This document shows positions 56,546-64,000 of a stretch of DNA of 64,000 bases, in pieces. Each line of letters opens with the position of its first letter. Within the stretch, counting starts at the first letter, position 1. Origin of the DNA: Chrysomallon squamiferum (taxonomy: Eukaryota; Animalia; Mollusca); the NCBI GenBank assembly GCA_012295275.1, contig CM022670.1:29698001-29762000 (forward strand), in the 5' to 3' direction. Both the position numbers and the translations under genes were made by a program. A model generated the notes under the pieces. The model ran no database searches, was not told where the DNA came from, and saw only the letters and a program-made list of their open reading frames with translations.

Positions 56546-58118
56546 TCAATAAGGTAATGTAGGTTATCAGTATAACAGATATCTCTAAAAACTTTGAAAT
56601 TTGCCACAGATAATATATCTAGTACAGGATAAATAACCAATTCACTGCATAATTAAAAATAGCTCCCAGCAAAAATCAACAAAGACTAATAGTTGCAGAA
56701 CATACTGGACTCATAGGATGTCTGTCAGTCTCTGGAAGTATGTCTATTTAATTTAATCCTGGAATAAATAATAATGACTGTAATTCTACTGATCATACAA
56801 CTAAGTTCAAATTAAAAAAAAAATAATAAAAGTTTATTTCATGGACAAGCATTTACAAAAATAAGACTAAAATAACTATTTTGATTTATTTTATAAAAAA
56901 TTGTATCTAGCATATTTGAAGTATGTTCCTTGCAAGACTTTTCACATGGATAGCAGATTTGCAGAATCAAAAACTAAAAACTATTTTGTGACTGATATAA
57001 AGTGAGATGATAAATCAAGCCATGATTACAAAATGCATACCTAAAATATGGTATTTGCAAGTAAACTAACCTTGACTGAAGAAAATTATAAACAAATACA
57101 AAATAAAAAGAAAGAAAGAAAAAAAGAACCATCTGCAACAGGCTATAATATAAAATTATCAAGATGTCATTTAAATAATTTACAAATACATCATAATATA
57201 ATATTTCTTCTGTACAATTATTTACATTGCTTTAGCTGGAGCAAAAACAATTATTTACAAATCTTTTTTAACAGTTTTACATCTATCTGAATAAATATAT
57301 GTTATATGTATGGTTTATATAAATGATAATATACAAATGGTGTACCATTTTAATTTATCAGCAAGATTCAAATTATAAAAACTATAAAACATTTAGAAAA
57401 GTGAGGTGAGAACAATTAGTTTTCACATATTTATGTAGGAATGATATCAGGAAATATTTACCTGAGAACAATAAAGGTCATTTGATAGGTTGATATTTTA
57501 TGCTTGATTTGATTTTATTTGTTGAAAACAAAAAAATATTAACATGAATCCATGAACGTTGTTGGGTTTCATTATGATTTGAGTGGGGTTTTAATAACAT
57601 TATGTAAAACTATAAAAGAAGTTAGTTTATAAAATAAATTGTTTTTATATTCCCTTTATTTCATTATGTAATTACAAGACAAAAGGTTGTTTTTTTTTAA
57701 AATATTTTATTTTTATTATCTTTATCAATTAATAATGCAAAACAAAACAAAAAACAAATGTGTAACTATTATTTTTTTTTATAAAATAAGATTATATTTA
57801 TTCTCAATTATTTTTTATAAATATTATTTTTAGGTAATAACCATAACATAGCCCTGAATAGATGATGTAAGGTGAACTACTAATCATTGCTTTCTAAAAT
57901 TAAAGTTTAATTTAAAGTGAAGAGAAAATTTTACAGTCATTAAGTTTTATCAGAGTTTCCAATTAACAACAATGTTGAAGATTACATAGAAGACTAGTGA
58001 ACAAAGAAAGCAGTTTAAGGTTTAAGTATAACATCAGTTGATAAGCATTTATTGTTCATATGTAAAAGATTATTTTTCCATTTTCTTTTCATACATACAT
58101 ACAGATGAATTCACTTAT

Positions 58119-58155
<37 letters not shown>

Positions 58156-59605
58156 AAAAGTTCCTGTAATAATGCAAGAAAATAAAAATAAAAAATATAT
58201 TAAATAAAACAAATAATGATAATAATAATAATAAAATCACAGAATTTAGTGATGGGTCATACTCAAATTGTTTTCAGTTTTGTGTACAACCTAGCTTAAA
58301 ATATGCTGTAATGAAAAGGTCATTCAAAATGCAGAGAACATAAATGTTTATTTATTTTGAATATTTTTTTAAACACCTTAATTTTTTAATTTCGTGGGTT
58401 TTAAATAAAAATATATATATCTTTTTTCAACATATTTCTTAAATACAAGACTTGTATGTATATACAACATAAATTCGTAACATTCTGACAGATTAATAAA
58501 CATTAAAAATGTAACTGATCAACTGAAGCAAAATAAAATAAAAAATTATAAACTGACATTGCCATATAAAACAGTTAACAATGATGGAGGAAAACAAACA
58601 AAAATCAATTAATTTAAAAAGTTCAAAAAAAAAAAAAATTAACATTACAAGTAACAATATAGAGTCAACTCCACCTTTTCAACACAAGGGAAGAAGAAAA
58701 ATAATTGTAAAACATAGGTAAGGAAAGCTGCATTTCTTTTCTTGATGCCAAATACAGAACTGTCTATCCAACATCAGACATTATGCAAGAACAATTCATT
58801 TGAGAACTTTCTACAAATATTTAAAAACACCACATCCAACAGTACATTATTGTGTGAGATGAAAACACAAAGAAACATTGTATTTTGACAAGTATATAAC
58901 TATGCTTAACAAAACAGAAATGAATTAACATATCAATAATTGAAAACATTCCACTGAGCACTTGCTAACATGATGGAATGGTATTTTTCAGCTGCTACTC
59001 AGTGGTGATATGGCCTTGTAAAAATTTCTGAAAGTTTATAATCTGTTGGAAAAAGTAACATGAGGAAGTATTTCTTTAAGTGCTATTAAAGTTCTGTTAA
59101 AAATCCACAACTATAGAAAGCAGGTGTTTCAGAAAACAGACCTCTTCAAAAAGCCTGTTAACTTTAAAAGTGTTTCAAAATCATGTTTGTAATTTAGACA
59201 TTCATATACATAGGAAATATTTCTGAAGCTGAAATTAACCATTACAAGTTTCAAACTCATTTACATGGCTTTTAGTATCTTAATTGTTACTGTAGGCAAA
59301 CTGTTATTTAATTATCTACTATTGACTGGCATGATTCAAAGAAGTAGTGTCTAGGGAAGACTTCAGTTTAGGTAGTTGCATCACATAGTACATTTCATCT
59401 TTATTTATCCAAATGTTGTGTGTACAGGCAGAATCCACTTAAATATCACAGGTGTTATAAGAATCTGTCATTGACACATGGGTGCCAGACCAAATCATAA
59501 TAATAGCACAAGAGCAGTTTTATGTCATGATATTCTAGTCTGCTGATGATAATTTATATAGAACATCACAGCAACTTTTACTTGTTTTTATGCTGCAGCT
59601 AATTG

Positions 59606-59629
59606 TCATGTGAGGTTTTTGCCAGAATT
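59606..59629 (-). CDS. ARAP: ARAP-like terminal coding exon (NSGKNLT*), followed by a probable long 3' UTR
   Basis: tttttcag acceptor, phase 0, TGA after 7 codons. Confidence 0.6.
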   Translation of the reverse strand, partial: NSGKNLT

Positions 59630-62146
59630 CTGAAAAAATAATAACATTTAACAAAAATTAACAATAGTAATAATAATAATCAAAACTGAAATAATAATAG
59701 GTAAAATGAAATAATACTAATAAAAAATAAATAACAACAAAAACAAAATCAACAACAATAATATTATGCAAAATTAAATAATACTAATGATCAAGTATCA
59801 AGAACAACTACAATTACAGCAATAATAATAAAGAATAATGTTTTTAAATATTATTAAGCTGCTTAGCTATAGTTATGTTGAAGGAACTCTGTAATATTCA
59901 GCAAAATGGCTGATAAAAATACTGTTTACAATTCAGAATCGAACATAAGTCATTTTGTTTTAAATATTTTTTGCAGGTATCTTAACTTTTTATTTTCACA
60001 AAGTTTTGACCTTTGTTTTCTTTTTCTTAAATGTTATTTACTTTATATCATTATTATTTTATACAAATATTTGTTTAAATTCTCAAGAGAATTATGAATC
60101 AGAATTATATTTTAAAAGAAAATTATGTCTGATCCCTAATTACTGGTAAAATAAATTTCAATGTTGTTCAACAAAAGTTCATTTATTTATTACAACAGAA
60201 CACACCAATATGAAAATAAATTAACCAATGTCAAAAATTAGCAAAGTAAATGAATTTCTTCACCATTTTCTACTGAACACAAACAAATCAGGGTTATTAT
60301 TTTTTAAATATTTACATTTCCCACCTGTGCAGTCATCAGAGCAGACATCCATCTGAGTTTCTCCTCAGAGCTTGGAAAAACCAAACAATAACCAAAACAA
60401 CCCCTGGAAAAAAAAGTTATTTAAAAACATAAACCAAAGACATTTATGTTTTATATATTTTAGTTTGTATTATTTATATTTAAAACAATTTTGAAATAAA
60501 ACTATTAATTATTAGTCTTTATGTACATGTTTATAATTAAACTAAAAATAATTTTTACTTACTTTTGTTTTTCACTTTTTTTCACAAAAGTTATGCACTG
60601 ACTGTAATAAAAAATATATATAATAAATAAGAAAGTAAAAAATGCTACAAAGCAATACCTTCACTCACTCTAAAAATATTAATTTTGAAACTGTCCACAT
60701 TTTTTTAATTCTCAACCTTAATATCTACTTACCGGTGAAGTATTATGCAATAACATAAAACCTTTCTTAATTTATTTAATCATTTGTGGTGGGAAGTCAT
60801 CTTTTTGATGAAAATGCAGTAGAAGAACATTTTTAACCCAGTTTTATTTTTTTATAAAATTATTTACTTGAAATGAATAGTTTCTTTTACTGCTGTGAGT
60901 CTTGTTAGTTACTTTGCTGTGTTAAATTATGGATCTTAATTTCCACTTATTAAAATAATGAAATAAGATAACTGAAATATGTCTTTTGCATTTTGTTCAT
61001 CTTGTTTCTTCATTTAGCTCAATAACATAATTTTGTCAAAAGTATTTAGTAGCTATTATTCTCATTTGCATCATTACATTTGTCATTTGAAAAAAAAAAA
61101 TGAAAAAAAAAGGTGATAAATCCTACTGAATCTGTGCCACGTTTATTCATTCATTCTCTCCCTCTCTGTCTATATATGTACAAATAAATAAAATGTATTT
61201 GTTTATCATTATTTTTCTGTAACAAACAGCACATTCTCAAAGAAAAAGAGACCACTACTATACATGAAAATTATGCAATGAAAATAGTTTAGCTAAGAGG
61301 AAGAAAATTTCTTACCTCGCTGACACCCCTCCACTTCTCTTGGGATCAATGCCAAGATAAAATATCAAGTCTTCCACATTCCACTCATCCACTGCATGGT
61401 TAGCCTAAACATCAACACATTAATAAATTTAATACTCTTTCAGCAGTATAATAAATACAACTGAATTTAGTGGTTGTTTGTTTTTAGCTTTTGTGGTAAT
61501 AATTTTTATAATTTCTTATTACTTATTCATATTTTTATATTATTATTATTATTATTATTATTCATTTTATCATCTTCATCATTACTTTTTTATTTATTAT
61601 CATTATTACATATTATTATTGTTTTTATTATTATTATTATTACAGCTAACATAATCATTCTCATCATCACTGTTATTATCCATCAGACACGAACATTAAT
61701 GATTAAAACTTCTTTTTTTAATAACATATTCCTAACATCACTTAATGAGAAATTACAATAATTAAAAACATGTTAGTTAATCCTGTCAGTTATAAACCAA
61801 ATAATCAAAACAAAAACAAAAACAAATAAATAAAGAAAATAATTTTCCTCCAAACTAATTCCTACTGGGGTTTATTCATGGTGCAAGTAACAGAAAATCT
61901 TTTTTTTATTATTATTATTTTTTTTCATATGCCTCATGTGCAATATTATAACCTGGAAATGACCATAAAGAGATTTTCTGACAAGAATTTGCTTACATAA
62001 GGATAAAACTTACTTTAGAGTCTTTGTAACAAGATAGTCTTGACTGGATAAACTTGAAAGACATTTTCTTAAGTTTCTTATCACCTGGTGCAGCACACTT
62101 TAATTCTCCAAACAGTGAAACACCTGGCTGATACTGGAAAAGACAT

Positions 62147-62191
<45 letters not shown>

Positions 62192-63522
62192 TATGTATGG
62201 TGTATATATGTGGTCATCATCATCATTATTACGAAGGTACAATGATCACCACCAACTGATTAAACTTTGAATGTAAACACAATAAAATAAAAACTTCAAA
62301 TTAACTGATCAACAACTGCTACTTAAATAAAACATTCTTTAAAGGACTAAAAAAACAAAAAAAAAAAAAAAAAAACAGCTTAAATATATAATTATTCAGC
62401 TAATAGCTAATATATATATATTTCAGTAGCAAAGAAGTTTTTGAACTGTATAAACTGCCCAAAAACATGTCATTCAGCAATCAGTTAAAGCAAGTGAGTA
62501 AAACTGAATGGTACCCTGAAATCCATTCGTTAATTATTTGGTCAGATAAAAATAAAGACAAGATCAAACAAAACATTAACTAACAGCATTGGCAATGTCT
62601 TTCAGAGTTTGGCTCGACTTGACAATAAACTTAGCTTCTTTTGTAATGTCATCTTCCCAGTGTTGCCAGTCCAACATTGCAAACAGCGGGTTTTCACTGG
62701 ACAACATTGGACGTTCTGAAAAAAATAATAATAAAGAAATAATGGAAACTAAAATTTAAAAAAAATACAAATAAAATTAAAACATCTTCATAGATTTTGA
62801 TATATCAGACATGACTTGAATAATGAAACTATGAGCAGATTGCAGAGTGAAGATCCTGCTGTAAGTGTTATTGTGTTTTAAATCCTACCTATTGCACCTC
62901 GTTTAAGCACCTCATAAATAACAAAATCTTCTGACTTGTGTAGTCGTCGTTGTAGACGATTCAGGACATCTTCTGCAGTATCTTCACTGTGCACCTGTAA
63001 AACAGTTTTACAAAATATAATCAAAGAATAAGATCAAACAAAAAGGTATTATATTAAAGGTAATTTCCTTTACAGCAAAATCTCAAATTCTGAAGAGTCA
63101 TACTTCTAAAAGTATTCATCATACAAAAGTAAAATATCATATTTTGAAACATGACCAAACCTTTAAAAAAAAAATTAATACCAGTTTTTATCAAAACCTC
63201 AACCTACTGAGTTACAAAATCTCAACCCACTGAATGGATAAAGGATGACCCATAAACAATAGATGAAAAGAGAATTTTAGTTTTTCATGGCTATTTGTTG
63301 CCATGAAAACATATTAATGGTAGAATTGCCAGAAATAATACTTCAATTATTTTCGAAAAGCATCACCTGTTACTTATGATAGGAATAAAATTAAGTATAA
63401 ATAAATAAAAAGAAAAGAACTGAATTTACAAGATTTAAACAATTACTTACTGTCTCATTAAGACTTTGTCCGTTGCTGTCCATAACATGGAAAGGAATCA
63501 TCATATGACTGATCACATTAGA
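59606..63522 (-). CDS. ARAP: 3' portion of an ARAP/RhoGAP15B-like gene (Ras-association domain + terminal PH domain): join(63522-63451,62994-62889,62715-62585,62133-62014,61404-61316,60601-60563,60403-60325,59629-59606); continues beyond window
   Basis: Eight GT-AG exons in continuous frame giving ...TAEDVL...FVIYEVLKRGAIERPMLSSENPLFAMLDWQHWEDD...SLFGELK...FKFIQSRLSCYKDSK...EWNVEDLIFYLGIDPKR...CITF...FGYCL...EEKLRWMSALMTAQ...*. This matches the remembered RA-PH5 tail of ARAP proteins. Confidence 0.8.
60325..60403 (-). CDS. ARAP: ARAP-like exon (GCFGYCLVFPSSEEKLRWMSALMTAQ; PH C-terminal helix)
   Basis: tttccag acceptor, CAG|gtggga donor, 79 nt. Carries the invariant PH Trp. Confidence 0.85.
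60563..60601 (-). CDS. ARAP: ARAP-like 39-nt micro-exon (SQCITFVKKSEKQK)
   Basis: ttacag acceptor, gtaagt donor, phase 2/2. Supplies the xxTF beta-strand otherwise missing from the PH domain. Confidence 0.7.
61316..61404 (-). CDS. ARAP: ARAP-like exon (ANHAVDEWNVEDLIFYLGIDPKRSGGVSA)
   Basis: gtttag acceptor, AG|gtaaga donor, 89 nt. EW-x-x-EDL-x-x-YLG PH5 motif. Confidence 0.85.
62014..62133 (-). CDS. ARAP: ARAP-like exon (YQPGVSLFGELKCAAPGDKKLKKMSFKFIQSRLSCYKDSK; PH start)
   Basis: tttccag acceptor, gtaagt donor, 120 nt. Confidence 0.85.
62585..62715 (-). CDS. ARAP: ARAP-like exon (ERPMLSSENPLFAMLDWQHWEDDITKEAKFIVKSSQTLKDIANA)
   Basis: ttttcag acceptor, gttagt donor, 131 nt. ERP...E...WxxW RA motif. 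Confidence 0.85.
62889..62994 (-). CDS. ARAP: ARAP-like exon (VHSEDTAEDVLNRLQRRLHKSEDFVIYEVLKRGAI; RA domain)
   Basis: ttacag acceptor, G|gtagga donor, 106 nt. TAxDV and L/IYEV RA motifs. Confidence 0.85.
63451..63522 (-). CDS. ARAP: ARAP-like exon (SNVISHMMIPFHVMDSNGQSLNET; RA start)
   Basis: ttttcag acceptor, gtaagt donor, 72 nt, phase 0/0. Confidence 0.75.
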
Positions 63523-64000
63523 CTGAAAAGAGGAGGAAACAATTCATATGAGTAACATACAAGCTACATTTTATGCTAAATCATTGTATTTAACAATGAT
63601 ACAACAAGAGGCTTTAATCAAAAACAACATGCATGCACACACAAACACACACGTACACCGTATATAATTCTGATTTTAAATTTCCTATACATCATAATAA
63701 ACTAATGTATTTATCAGTCTATTAATTTTTAAGTCTTTATAATAAAACTATTAATTCTATCTATAATTTTGAAAACATTAATATTCAAATCTTAGACTTG
63801 TCCTGTATTTTCTACGTTTAACACATTAGTTATAGTCCCTACAGTTTTAATTATTTATGTTTATTTTAAATTTTATTTTTGTTTATTTTTTATACAATGG
63901 TACATATGAAACCTTACCTACTCAACTTGGGATTAAGTTCATTTAGAGACTTTTGAACTCTACATTGAAGAAATTGGCCATGTTTATTCACAATTGTTCA

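Noticed and set aside
63918-63959. Exon-like 42-nt segment (tgtag ... gtaagg) upstream of the ARAP-like exons
   Set aside because: No phase connects it to the 63522 exon without a stop.

Overview
AT-rich, microsatellite-dense eukaryotic (metazoan, probably molluscan) genomic DNA; most of the supplied ORFs are simple-repeat artefacts. Three protein-coding units can be assembled by hand. (1) A complete 8-coding-exon, minus-strand gene (19992->8337, 410 aa) encodes a Cys-loop pentameric ligand-gated chloride channel subunit of the glycine-receptor/GluCl superfamily, with an unusual mix of ligand-site and pore residues. (2) The last seven coding exons (63522->59606, minus) belong to an ARAP/RhoGAP15B-like gene (RA + C-terminal PH domain). 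(3) A candidate 60-aa plus-strand microprotein (53554-53736) ends in a CaaX box (CVIL). The window also holds a ~410-bp inverted repeat pair bracketing coding exons 2-8 of the channel gene, a Tigger4/MER46-like MITE, a deleted Tigger/pogo copy with an HTH remnant, decayed tRNA-derived SINE fragments, a rearranged duplicate of the channel's putative 5' exon, and several mini- and microsatellites. All gene models are inferred from GT-AG splice sites, phase continuity and remembered family motifs; no database search was run.
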